Shown: piece by piece, positions 36,164 to 45,865 of the stretch
Position numbering within the stretch: the first letter of the stretch is position 1
Layout: every line of letters starts with the position of its first letter
Source: Candidatus Eiseniibacteriota bacterium
Lineage (GTDB): Bacteria > Eisenbacteria > RBG-16-71-46
NCBI GenBank assembly: GCA_031364845.1
Contig: JANLWX010000146.1
Coordinates: 1 to 46,879, forward strand
Reading direction: 5' to 3'
Length of the DNA: 46,879 bases
Notes under the pieces: model-generated
Told to the model about the DNA's origin: nothing
Databases searched by the model: none
The model's input: only the letters and a program-made list of their open reading frames with translations
Made by a program: the position numbers and the translations under genes

Positions 36164-36360
36164 CGCGCGCAGATTATGAACGCAGATGTCCATCGGGACA
36201 AGACCGGACGGGTCTCTTCCGGCGTGGCCGATGATCGACGGGGTGCCCGGGGTCGGCGAAGCGAGCATCCGAAGCTCTGAGCGACCCGAATCTTCAAAAG
36301 GATCGGAACGGATTGTCTTGCTTACACGACAAGGCTCGACGACCGTCTGCTCCACGGCCC
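36130..36360 (-). ncRNA. Candidate structured RNA (6S-like sRNA or riboswitch/attenuator leader), family not established
   Basis: Nested complementary segments found by eye, ending at the terminator; no credible minus-strand CDS occupies the region. Confidence 0.4.
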
Positions 36361-36551
36361 GCCACCGAACGTTCGTTCCAGTCTGAATTCAAGCAATGGC
36401 GCGAATTCCGCCCGTGTTGCCACGCTCGTGGCGCCGAGATCCGGCTTCCTCGGGAGACTGGCCCAGTTCTGGCTCCGTCGAGTCCTCCGGGCGCGTCGCC
36501 TCGCGCGATCGCCGAGCCAACTCCAAACGAAATCACCCAGGAGGCCACTTC

Positions 36552-36944
36552 ATGCTGAGCACCGAAATGCTGCGAACCCGAGATGCGATCGCCACGGTCG
36601 GCGTCAAGAATCTTGCGAGGGCGAAGAAGTTCTATGGGGACACGCTCGGCCTCGAGCAGATCGAAACGAGGGAGCCCGAAGTCGCGGCATTCCGAACCGG
36701 CCAGTCGAGGCTGCTGGTCTACACGTCGGAGCATGCGGGAACGAACCGCGCAACCTCCGTGACGTGGAACGTCGGCGACGACGTTGACGACGTCGTGCGG
36801 GCCCTCAAAGAGGAGGGCGTCACGTTCGAGCACTACGAAATGCCCGGCACGACGCTCGAGGGCGATGTTCATGTGTCCGGGACGATGCGCGTGGCATGGT
36901 TCAAGGACCCTGACGGCAACATTCTGTGCCTGGTGAGCGGATAG
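36552..36944 (+). CDS. VOC family protein
   Basis: AGGAGG RBS; AKKFYGDTLGL, GVTFEHYE.PG, AWFKDPDGNIL. Confidence 0.9.
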   Translation: MLSTEMLRTRDAIATVGVKNLARAKKFYGDTLGLEQIETREPEVAAFRTGQSRLLVYTSEHAGTNRATSVTWNVGDDVDDVVRALKEEGVTFEHYEMPGTTLEGDVHVSGTMRVAWFKDPDGNILCLVSG

Positions 36945-36980
36945 CTTTTGCCCCCCCCCGCGCGCATTCCGATAGTTCAC

Positions 36981-38537
36981 TCAACGGTCCCCGGACCCGG
37001 GGTCCGGCACTCGAGGCGATGAATCACGCGGGGCATCCGAATTCAGTCGCTCCTCCGGCGCCATTACCCACTCCGGTCGCGTCCGGTAACCCGTGACCGG
37101 CCAGAACGCATCGGGATCGGGAAACACACGCGCCACCTCGCGATAGCCGGCCGCATGCGCTTCGTCGAGCAGCCAATCGCGCTGGTCGAGGACCAGAAGA
37201 CTCCATGACCGCCCCTGCAACGAGTCCCTCATCGCTTGCCACAATCCGTCCTGAACGGAGTCTCGGGGCGCGCGAACCAGGTCCATCAGCGGCGCGATGT
37301 GGACGTTGGTCCTTCCGGTCGCGCGGCGCGCGAGATAAGGATGGGACGAGACGTAGATCGGCCCGGCCGATTGCTTCAGGCGACTCACGAGACCCTCCCC
37401 GGCGAGCCGATCCTGCGACCGCGGCATTTCGGAGAGCGGGTTGTGCAGGAGCAGCGCGAGTTGAACGCACATTGCGAGTCCGATCCCCCACCGGCTGCGG
37501 GCAGACAGGGCGGGGCGCGCGGCGAGCCACCCGAAACCGAGACCTGCGGCGAGCGCCACGCCGAGCACTGCGGTGAGCAGCACATTCCCCCCGGCGCCCG
37601 GATAGAGACGCAACTGCCAGCTGCTGAGCACCAGACCGAGCACGAACGTCAGATGGAACCCGACGCCGCGGGAGCCGTTTCGCAATTGCGTCCACGCTCC
37701 CGCGATGCCCAACGCGATCGCCGGGAGCAGCGGGGACATCTCGATCAGGAAACGTACGGCAAGCGCGGGGTCGATCGAGAACTTCCGCGGAACGACGAAC
37801 GTGTAGTAGCGGAACCAGCCTCCGCTCGCCGCGTCGAGTGCCAGCGCACCGGTCGCGGAGAGCGTGGCGAACGTCACGATGGCGTACCACCCGCGCGCTC
37901 CTTCACGCGCGGCGAGCCACACGAGCAGGGGGCCGAGCACGACCGGCGCCGACTGCTTGCAGAGAAACGCGAGCGCCCACATCGCTCCCGCCGCAATAGC
38001 CGCTGGCTTACCCGGTGACCGGCTCCGATAGATCCACGCACCGGCGAAAACGAGCGAGAGGAACAGGCTGTCGCTGCGGCCGATGTCGAGCCATGATTCG
38101 GCCAGGTGCTGGCCTGCGGCGTAGGTCGCAGCCGCGAGGAAGCCCGCGCTCCGACGGCCGGTCTCGCGCGTGACCCAGGCACCGAGCATCAAGAGCGTCG
38201 CGGCGGCCGCGAGCGCCGAGACCGCGCGCAACGCCGCGAAACCCGGCCCCACCACCGCCGACATCGCGGCGGCCGCGTAGTTGAACAACGGAGGGTAGAC
38301 GAGGGGCACGTACGCCACCGATGGAGCCACGTAGATCGGCCGGCCCGAGAGCACGCGCAGCGTCTGTTCGAGCATCGGACCCTCGAACCAGTCGAGCTCG
38401 AAGGGATAGGCGATCCGCGCCGCCGCGATCACGATGACGGCGATGAGATGCACCGACCCCAGCGCGACCGCGAAGGCGAGCAGCGGAACGCGATCGGAGT
38501 CATGCGGCCGGTGACGGGCGGGGGTCGACTGTGGCAT
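36981..38537 (-). CDS. Polytopic membrane glycosyltransferase (GT-C, ArnT/PMT-like)
   Basis: About 11 TM segments; W.EG, YPPL, R.DSL and LCKQ motifs. Confidence 0.75.
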   Translation of the reverse strand: MPQSTPARHRPHDSDRVPLLAFAVALGSVHLIAVIVIAAARIAYPFELDWFEGPMLEQTLRVLSGRPIYVAPSVAYVPLVYPPLFNYAAAAMSAVVGPGFAALRAVSALAAAATLLMLGAWVTRETGRRSAGFLAAATYAAGQHLAESWLDIGRSDSLFLSLVFAGAWIYRSRSPGKPAAIAAGAMWALAFLCKQSAPVVLGPLLVWLAAREGARGWYAIVTFATLSATGALALDAASGGWFRYYTFVVPRKFSIDPALAVRFLIEMSPLLPAIALGIAGAWTQLRNGSRGVGFHLTFVLGLVLSSWQLRLYPGAGGNVLLTAVLGVALAAGLGFGWLAARPALSARSRWGIGLAMCVQLALLLHNPLSEMPRSQDRLAGEGLVSRLKQSAGPIYVSSHPYLARRATGRTNVHIAPLMDLVRAPRDSVQDGLWQAMRDSLQGRSWSLLVLDQRDWLLDEAHAAGYREVARVFPDPDAFWPVTGYRTRPEWVMAPEERLNSDAPRDSSPRVPDPGSGDR

Positions 38538-38625
38538 CGTGGGAATCTACTGGAACCGCGCAGGCTCCGCTCGGCGCGTCGCGACCGGCGGTCCCGACAG
38601 GTCAGAACCTTCGAAGGAACTCACA

Positions 38626-39027
38626 ATGCCCGAGCCCATGGTCAACCTTCTGTTCGTGTGCGTCGAGAACTCCAACCGCTCACAGATGGCGGAGGGCTTC
38701 GCGCGTGCGCTCGGCGGCGAGAACGTGAACGCATTCAGCGCCGGATCGCGTCCCTCGGGCGTCGTGAATGAGCGCGCGATCCGGTTCATGCGCGAGAAGG
38801 GTATCGATCTTACGACTCAGAGGTCCAAGGGTCTCGATGACCTCCCGAATCTCCCATGGGACTCCATCGTCACCATGGGATGCGGCGACGCATGTCCGAC
38901 GTTGCCGGCCAAGCGGCGTCTCGATTGGGATCTGCCCGACCCGAAGAATCTCGACGACGAGGGATTCCGCGCAGTCCGCGATCGGATCGAGGCCCTCGTG
39001 CGAAATCTGATCGCTTCGGCCGGGTAG
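38626..39027 (+). CDS. arsC: Arsenate reductase / LMW-PTP family protein
   Basis: P-loop CVENSNRSQMAE, SAGS, TMGCGDACP, W.L.DP; AAGGA RBS. Confidence 0.88.
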   Translation: MPEPMVNLLFVCVENSNRSQMAEGFARALGGENVNAFSAGSRPSGVVNERAIRFMREKGIDLTTQRSKGLDDLPNLPWDSIVTMGCGDACPTLPAKRRLDWDLPDPKNLDDEGFRAVRDRIEALVRNLIASAG

Positions 39028-39557
39028 CGATCGCGCGAACGCTACCGCAGCAGCGCGAACTTACGCCGCCCGTCCATCCGGCCGCACCGTCGCGGTCCAC
39101 ACTTCGCGCGTGCGGACCAGTCGTAGATCGACGGTCCATACGGGGCGTGTTGGATCGCCCCGGCTCCGTCGACGCTTTGGACGACGACGCGAGAGTCGTA
39201 GCGGCAACAGTAATCATTGTATGCAAGCGTGAATCCGACGGCGGGGTTCGGAGTGGCATCGATGGATGCCACGAACCTCCCGTCTCCCGCACGGGTCGCC
39301 CCCTCCAAAGGTCGTACAGGAAAATTCGGATTTCCCTTCCACAGACGGTCTTATTGAAGTACAAGTGATCATTGGTTCAATCAAAGTTCCAAACTCGCTC
39401 TCAGCTTGATCAAATGCGCGATTCACAGGGCAGCGGAATGGATTCCCGCCCGGGTGCCGACCTCCCCCAGCGTCGAGCGCACCGAAGATTACTTTGGTAA
39501 AACTTTTCTATAGCCATGCCGCAGCACAAGGTCGCCACCATCATCCCAGGAGGTGTT

Positions 39558-42500
39558 GTGAAAACACTCATGCGAGGCATCATCGGCCTCGTTCTCTCTC
39601 TGACGTTCGCGGCAGGCTCGGCATTCGCCGCCACGAATTATTACGTCTCGACGACAGGGAACGACGGCAATGACGGGCTCACTCCCGGCACGGCCAAACT
39701 CACGATTCAGGCGGCCGTCGCGGTCGCGAGCGCCACGGACATCATCAACGTCGATGCAGGCACTTATAATGAGCGCGTGGTCCTCGATAAATCGCTGACG
39801 CTCACGGGCGTGAGCGAATCGATGACGGTTCTGGACGGCGCGGGACTCGTGGGCGCGGGCAGCGGTGTCACGATCAATGCCGGCATCACGAACGTCACGA
39901 TCAAGGACATGACGATTCGCAACTACGCCGGAACGAGCCCCAATTCGTTCGCAGGCATCTACGCGATTGGATCGAACAACGCGCTCGCCGTTCAGAACGT
40001 CACGTTGCAGAGCAACGTCGGCGGCAGCGGGTTCTACGCCAACGGCCCGGTGAATGGCGTCACGCTCAACAACCTCGACGTCTCGGGCCACACGAACGCG
40101 TTCGGCGCGGCGCGCGGCATCGTGATCTGGAACGGCCTCAAGGAAAACATCACGATCACGAATTGCGACGTGTACCTCAACAATTGCTGTGGCATCGAGC
40201 TTCAGGACGGCACCGCGTCGGGTGTGACGATGACGAACAACAACGTCTTCCTGAACGGTGACAACGGAATCGGACTGGTCGGCCTGCAGGGCCCCGGTGA
40301 GAACCTCATCAAGTCGAACACGCTGACGAACAATGGGCGTTTCGGCATCGAGGTCAAGAATCCCAACGGATCGGGACTGGCGGCGGGTCCGGGACGCGTC
40401 GTGGTCGAGAACAACACGGTGTCCCGCACGTCCGTGATCGCCGATGCGCGCGACATCGTGGGCATCGCGGCGTTCCGCCGTGGCGTGCTGGCCGGCAACG
40501 TCGATGTGCCGAACGGTGTCGTGATCCAGAACAACATCATCATGGGCTACAGCCAGCCGAGTGTGAGCGAAGGCTTCGGCATCGTCGCCGAAGGCACCAA
40601 CCACACGGTCACCGGCAACACGGTGAGTGGCTGCGATATCGGCGTACAGCGCCAATTCGGTCACACGCCGTACCCCGGCGATGGCAACCAGAACAACATC
40701 GCCGACCAGTACTTCGGCCGTGGCAACTCCCCGATCTCTTGCGGCATCACGGTCGGCCCGAACACGCTGGCCAACACCGTGAATCAGCGCGACGTTCCGG
40801 TGGGGGCGGGCAACGGCGCGGTCGTCAACGCGAACTCGCTGGCGTCGTTCTGCTCGATTCAGGCTGCGGTCAACGCGGCGAGCCCGGGTGACGTCATCAA
40901 CGTCGGCGCAGGCACGTACAATGAGCGCGTGACGATCGACAAGGCGCTGACGCTGAACGGCGCGAGCGAATTGACGACCATCCTGACCGGCACCGGTCTC
41001 GCTGGTGCTGGCAGCGGCATCGTGATCAATGCCGGCATCACGAACGTCACGATCCAGAACATGACGGTCAAGAACTACTCCGGGACCAGCCCCAACGCCT
41101 ACGCCGGCATCTACGGGACTGGGTCGAATAGCGGACTTCTGGTCAAGAACGTCACGATCAAGGACAACGTCGGCGGCAGCGGCTTCTACGCCAACGGTCC
41201 GGTGAATGGTGTGACGCTCGACAACCTCGACGTCTCGGGCCACACGAATGCGTTCGGCGCGGCGCGCGGCATCGTGATCTGGAATGGTCTCAAGCAGAAC
41301 ATCTCGATCACGAACTGCGACGTGTACGGCAACAACTGCTGCGGTATCGAACTGCAGGACGGAACGGCGTCGGGCGTGACGCTGACCAACAACAACATCC
41401 ACGACAACGGCGACAACGGAATCGGCCTCGTAGGTCTCGAAGGCCCGGGTGAGAACCTCATCAAGCTGAACACCCTCACCAACAACGGGCGCTTCGGAAT
41501 CGAGCTCAAGAACCCGAACGGATCCGGCCTCGCAGCGGGCGCCGGTCGCGTGGTCGTCGAAAACAACACCGTGTCGCGCACGCTGGCGATCGTCGATGCG
41601 CGCGACATCGTGGGCATCGCGGCGTTCCGCCGGGGCGTGCTGGCCGGCAACGTCGACGTGCCGAACGGCGTCGTGATCCAGAACAACAACGTGTCGGGCT
41701 ACGTTCAGGCGAGCACCAGCGACGGCTTCGGTATCGTCGCCGAGGGCACCGGCCACACGGTCACCGGCAACACGGTGAGTGGTTGCGATGTCGGGATCCA
41801 GCGCCAGTACGGCCACACGCCGTACCCGGGCGACGGTGACCAGAGCAATCTTGCGGACCTGTACTTCGGCCGCGGCAACTCCCCCATCTCGTGCGGGATC
41901 ACGGTCTCCGGGAACACGCTGACAAACACTGTGGACACGCGCGACGTGCCGATCGGCGCGGGCAACGGCGCGGTGGTCAACAACAACACGCTGGCCACGT
42001 ACTGCTCGATCCAGGCGGCGATCAATGCAGCGAGCGCGGGCGACGTGCTCAGCGCGGGCGCGGGCACCTACAACGAGCGCGTGACGATCGACAAGTCGCT
42101 CACGCTGCAAGGCGCAAGCGAAGCGACCACGATCCTCGACGGCACCGGACTGGCGGGCCCCGGAAGCGGCATCATCATCAATGCCGGGCTCCTCAACGTG
42201 ACGATCCGGAATCTTACGGTCCGGAACTACGCCGGCACGGCCCCGAACTCGTATGCCGGTATCTATGCGAGCGGCGGCAACAACGGTCTGGTCGTCGAGA
42301 ACGTCACATTGAAGGACAACGTCGGCGGCTGCGGCTTCTTCGGCGTCGGTCCGGTGAACGGCGTCACCTTGAACAACCTCGAGGTGTCCGGTCACACGAA
42401 CGTATTCGGCGCGGCGCGCGGCATCGTGATCTGGGACGGTCTCAAGCAGAACATCACGATCACCAATTGCGACGTGTATGGCAACAACTGCTGCGGTATC

Positions 42501-45500
42501 GAGCTGCAGGATGGCACCGCGACGGGCGTGACGCTGACGAACAACAACGTCCACGACAACGGTGACAATGGAATCGGCTTGATCGGTCTCGAGGGTCCTG
42601 GCGAGAATCTCGTCAAGCTCAACACGGTCGCGAACAACGGCCGCTTCGGGATCGAGATCAAGAACCCGAACGGATCCGGTCTGGCGGCGGGCGCGGGTCG
42701 CGTGGTCGTCGAGGACAACACGGTGTCGCGGACGCTGGCGATCGTCGATGCGCGTGACATCGCGGGCATCGCGGCGTTCCGCCGGGGCGTGCTGGCTGGA
42801 AACGTCGACGTGCCGTTCGGCGTCGTGATCCGGAACAACAACGTGTCGGGCTACGTTCAGCCGAGCACCAGCGAAGGCTTCGGCATCGTCGCGGAAGGCA
42901 TCAACCACAAGGTGACCGGCAATACGGTGAGCGGCTGCGACGTCGGCATCCAGCGCCAGTTCGGCCACACGCCGTACCCCGGCGACGGCAATCAGAACGA
43001 CATGGTCGACACGTACTTCGGCCGCGGCAACTCCCCCGTCTCCTGCGGCATCGAGGTTTCGGGCAATACGCTGACCAACACGATCGACACGCGTGATGTC
43101 CCGTTGAGTGCCGGGGGTTCCGGAGTGGTCGTCAACACGACGACGCTCGAATCCTTCTGCACGATCCAGGCGGCGATCAACGACGCGAACACGCTCAACG
43201 GCCACACGCTCGAAGTCGGGTCCGGCAACTACGATGAGCAGGTGCTCGTGAACAAGAGCGTCACCATCAAGGGCGTCGGCGCTCCGCTTCCGACCGTCAA
43301 CTTCACCGGTGTGGTGTCGGGAAATCCGACGCTGTTCTTCGTCTCGTCGGACGCGGTCACGATCGAGAGCATGCACTTCAACGTCGATCTCGCGAAGCTC
43401 AAGAGCGCGATCATCGTGAGCGATCCGGCCATCGACAACATCACGATCAAGGACAACATCGTCGACGCCTACGGGACGCCTTCGGCGGGTACCTACGGCA
43501 ACCGCAATGCGATCAGCATCAACTATGGCGGACCGACGAACTACCGGACGGCGACGGCAGGTGTCGACAACATCGTGTTCACCGGCAACGTCGTCAACGG
43601 ATCGCTTCCGGCCAGCTTCTTCCGCTCGGCGGTGTCGGTGGATGAAGGCGGTGGAACGTTCTCGGGCAACACGAGCCAGACCATCAACCACGACGTGCTG
43701 GTGCGCTTCGGCAGCAACGGTCCGATCACCATCACCAACAATCAGCTGAACGGTGGCGGCGTCGAGCTGGCCGAGATGAACGCGGGCGCGGGCACGCTCA
43801 CCGTGTCGAACAACACGTTCAACGCGGCGTTCGCCAACTCCTCCGCTCCCGGCACCGCCGTCCTTCGGCTCAAGAACAACAACGCCGGCAAGACGACGAT
43901 CGTGGACGGCAACACGTTCATGAGTCACCAGTGGGCCGTGAGCACCGAGAACTACAACAACGTCACGATCTCGAACAATCTGATGACGCCGCTCGCCGGG
44001 TCGACGACGTTCCATCACGTGACCGTCAACACGAAGTCGATCAGCACGAATTCCGCGACGATCGTTCAGACCCCGGTGGCGGCCCAGATCACGAACAACT
44101 TCTTCAACGGATCGGGCAGTTCGGGTGGTTCGGGTGTCACCTTCCTCAACCATGACAGTGATGCCGCGGCGTTCGGTGCACTCGAAGTGCACCAGAACAG
44201 CTTCGACTTCAGCATCGCCAACGCCATCGAGCAGGACGGCCAGTCGGGCAACTCGACCGGCTCGACCTTCCCGAACTACAACGCGCTGATCGGCGCGGGT
44301 GCCGGGGCGCAGACCACGATGGCGCCGTGGACCGCGACCATCAACGGAACCTGCAACTGGTACGGAACGACGAATGCGGCGGCGATCGCCTCGCGCGTGG
44401 GTCCCAATGTCACGGAAGTGCCGTTCCTCGCGAGCGGCGTGGACGATCAGCCGGGAACCTTCGGGTTCCAGCCGGTCGTGACCACGACGACGACGCTGGT
44501 GTCGGACAACAACCCGGCGACGTTCGGCACGAAGATCCTGTTCACGGCCACGGTGACGCCGGCTGTGGAATCGGGGACGATCCAGCTGTTCGACGGCGCG
44601 ATCTCGCTCGGCACTCAGAACGCCGTCGGCGGTGAGGCGACGTTCTCGGTCGACACGCTTCATAACGGGAATCACACGATCACCGCGGTGTACAGCGGTG
44701 ATGCGTGCTACCCGACCAGCACGTCGGATCCGCTGGCGCAGGTGGTGGTGGATCAGACGAATCCGGTCGCGAACGTGACGCTGCCGACGACGAACGATGT
44801 GTTGGTCGTGGGTAGCCACGCGAAGATCCAGTGGACGGCGAGCGACGACAAGGGTGTCGAGTCGGTCTCGATCATCCTGTCGCGTGACAACGGCGCGACC
44901 TGGGAAGACATCGTGCTCGACATCGCGAACACCGGCACCTACACGTGGCTGGTGACGGGACCGCCGACGGGTGTGACGGCGACGCCGGTCTATTCGGCGA
45001 TCATTCAGGTCAAGGCCAAGGACGCCGCGGGAAATATCGGTACCGGCACCAGCGGCACGTTCGCGATCTATGACCTGACGACCGACGCGCTGCTGTCGAC
45101 GTTCCAGGCCGATCCGGTCGAGGAAGGAATCGAGTTGCGGTGGCAGTTCGGCTCGACGGTCTCGATCTCGGGTGTGACGCTCGAGCGTGGTTCGTCGACC
45201 AGCGGGCCGTGGCGTCCGGTGGTGGCGGAAGCGCGCAACGTGGGCGGCATGACGGTCGTCGTGGACCGGACCGCGGAACTCGGACAGACGTACTTTTACC
45301 GACTTCAGGTTTCCCTCCCGAGCGGACAGACGATCAGCTTCGGACCGCTCGCCGGAACGCTCGGGGACCGGGTCGCGGCGTTCGCGCTCACGTCGATCAC
45401 GCCGAATCCGACGGTGGATTTCGCGCGCATCGACTACGCCGTACCCCGCGAGTCGCGGGTGCGTCTGAGCGTGATCGACGTCCAGGGCCGTGAAGTGGCT

Positions 45501-45653
45501 CTGCTGGTGGACGGCGTGGTTCGCGCCGGTCGCTTCCAGACGACGTGGAACGGACAGCTTCAGAGTGGCGTTGCGGCACCGGCCGGTCTGTACTTCGTCC
45601 GGATGAACAGCGGCGGCAAGGACTACGTGCGCCGGCTGGCACTGAGCCGTTGA
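39558..45653 (+). CDS. Giant secreted parallel beta-helix repeat protein with Ig-like domains and FlgD/T9SS-CTD-like tail
   Basis: AGGAGG RBS before GTG 39558; signal peptide; YYVS..GND.NDG, TIQAA, GTY.E; Asn/Gly-rich coils; tail PNP...IDVQGREV...WNG...AGLYFVRM. Confidence 0.9.
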   Translation: MKTLMRGIIGLVLSLTFAAGSAFAATNYYVSTTGNDGNDGLTPGTAKLTIQAAVAVASATDIINVDAGTYNERVVLDKSLTLTGVSESMTVLDGAGLVGAGSGVTINAGITNVTIKDMTIRNYAGTSPNSFAGIYAIGSNNALAVQNVTLQSNVGGSGFYANGPVNGVTLNNLDVSGHTNAFGAARGIVIWNGLKENITITNCDVYLNNCCGIELQDGTASGVTMTNNNVFLNGDNGIGLVGLQGPGENLIKSNTLTNNGRFGIEVKNPNGSGLAAGPGRVVVENNTVSRTSVIADARDIVGIAAFRRGVLAGNVDVPNGVVIQNNIIMGYSQPSVSEGFGIVAEGTNHTVTGNTVSGCDIGVQRQFGHTPYPGDGNQNNIADQYFGRGNSPISCGITVGPNTLANTVNQRDVPVGAGNGAVVNANSLASFCSIQAAVNAASPGDVINVGAGTYNERVTIDKALTLNGASELTTILTGTGLAGAGSGIVINAGITNVTIQNMTVKNYSGTSPNAYAGIYGTGSNSGLLVKNVTIKDNVGGSGFYANGPVNGVTLDNLDVSGHTNAFGAARGIVIWNGLKQNISITNCDVYGNNCCGIELQDGTASGVTLTNNNIHDNGDNGIGLVGLEGPGENLIKLNTLTNNGRFGIELKNPNGSGLAAGAGRVVVENNTVSRTLAIVDARDIVGIAAFRRGVLAGNVDVPNGVVIQNNNVSGYVQASTSDGFGIVAEGTGHTVTGNTVSGCDVGIQRQYGHTPYPGDGDQSNLADLYFGRGNSPISCGITVSGNTLTNTVDTRDVPIGAGNGAVVNNNTLATYCSIQAAINAASAGDVLSAGAGTYNERVTIDKSLTLQGASEATTILDGTGLAGPGSGIIINAGLLNVTIRNLTVRNYAGTAPNSYAGIYASGGNNGLVVENVTLKDNVGGCGFFGVGPVNGVTLNNLEVSGHTNVFGAARGIVIWDGLKQNITITNCDVYGNNCCGIELQDGTATGVTLTNNNVHDNGDNGIGLIGLEGPGENLVKLNTVANNGRFGIEIKNPNGSGLAAGAGRVVVEDNTVSRTLAIVDARDIAGIAAFRRGVLAGNVDVPFGVVIRNNNVSGYVQPSTSEGFGIVAEGINHKVTGNTVSGCDVGIQRQFGHTPYPGDGNQNDMVDTYFGRGNSPVSCGIEVSGNTLTNTIDTRDVPLSAGGSGVVVNTTTLESFCTIQAAINDANTLNGHTLEVGSGNYDEQVLVNKSVTIKGVGAPLPTVNFTGVVSGNPTLFFVSSDAVTIESMHFNVDLAKLKSAIIVSDPAIDNITIKDNIVDAYGTPSAGTYGNRNAISINYGGPTNYRTATAGVDNIVFTGNVVNGSLPASFFRSAVSVDEGGGTFSGNTSQTINHDVLVRFGSNGPITITNNQLNGGGVELAEMNAGAGTLTVSNNTFNAAFANSSAPGTAVLRLKNNNAGKTTIVDGNTFMSHQWAVSTENYNNVTISNNLMTPLAGSTTFHHVTVNTKSISTNSATIVQTPVAAQITNNFFNGSGSSGGSGVTFLNHDSDAAAFGALEVHQNSFDFSIANAIEQDGQSGNSTGSTFPNYNALIGAGAGAQTTMAPWTATINGTCNWYGTTNAAAIASRVGPNVTEVPFLASGVDDQPGTFGFQPVVTTTTTLVSDNNPATFGTKILFTATVTPAVESGTIQLFDGAISLGTQNAVGGEATFSVDTLHNGNHTITAVYSGDACYPTSTSDPLAQVVVDQTNPVANVTLPTTNDVLVVGSHAKIQWTASDDKGVESVSIILSRDNGATWEDIVLDIANTGTYTWLVTGPPTGVTATPVYSAIIQVKAKDAAGNIGTGTSGTFAIYDLTTDALLSTFQADPVEEGIELRWQFGSTVSISGVTLERGSSTSGPWRPVVAEARNVGGMTVVVDRTAELGQTYFYRLQVSLPSGQTISFGPLAGTLGDRVAAFALTSITPNPTVDFARIDYAVPRESRVRLSVIDVQGREVALLVDGVVRAGRFQTTWNGQLQSGVAAPAGLYFVRMNSGGKDYVRRLALSR
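39705..43163 (+). repeat. Three tandem intragenic repeats of 1152, 1152 and 1155 nt
   Basis: IQAA codons begin at 39705, 40857, 42009 and 43164; long stretches are nearly identical at DNA and protein level. Confidence 0.95.
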
Positions 45654-45685
45654 TCGATCGTCACTGAAGCAACGAGTTCGCGAAC

Positions 45686-45716
45686 AGGCCGGTGCGCGCG
45701 AAACGCACCGGCCTTT
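45686..45716 (+). terminator. Intrinsic terminator after the giant beta-helix gene
   Basis: AGGCCGGTGCG-loop-CGCACCGGCCT followed by TT. Confidence 0.75.
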
Positions 45717-45865
45717 CGTGTCTCATGAGGGCGGGCTGTAAGGCCCAGACGCGCGGGGTCGTGCCGTTCCTCCGCAAGTCGGAGGCGCGGAATGCGGCTC
45801 AACCCGCGACATGATCCGGTCGAAAACCACGGTGTCCCCTGTTGCACACCGGAGGAGCCGACCGC

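Noticed and set aside
36240..36300. TPP riboswitch-like GGGGTGCCC...CTGAG on the plus strand
   Set aside because: Lacks the ACCTGAT...AATGCC...GCGNAGG core, and no thiamine gene follows.
36397..36411. Sigma54-like TGGCGCG-N4-CCGC upstream of the VOC gene
   Set aside because: Poor -12 match; GG-N10-GC occurs often by chance in GC-rich DNA.
36951..36959. C9 homopolymer as a phase-variation tract
   Set aside because: Lies between two convergent stop codons, where slippage would have no obvious effect.
39042..39308. 88-aa Cys-containing minus-strand ORF
   Set aside because: Weak start, no RBS, no recognisable motif.
39489..44819. 1776-aa minus-strand ORF
   Set aside because: Antisense shadow of the repetitive beta-helix gene; Arg/Val/His-rich with no motifs, as expected from high-GC codon bias.
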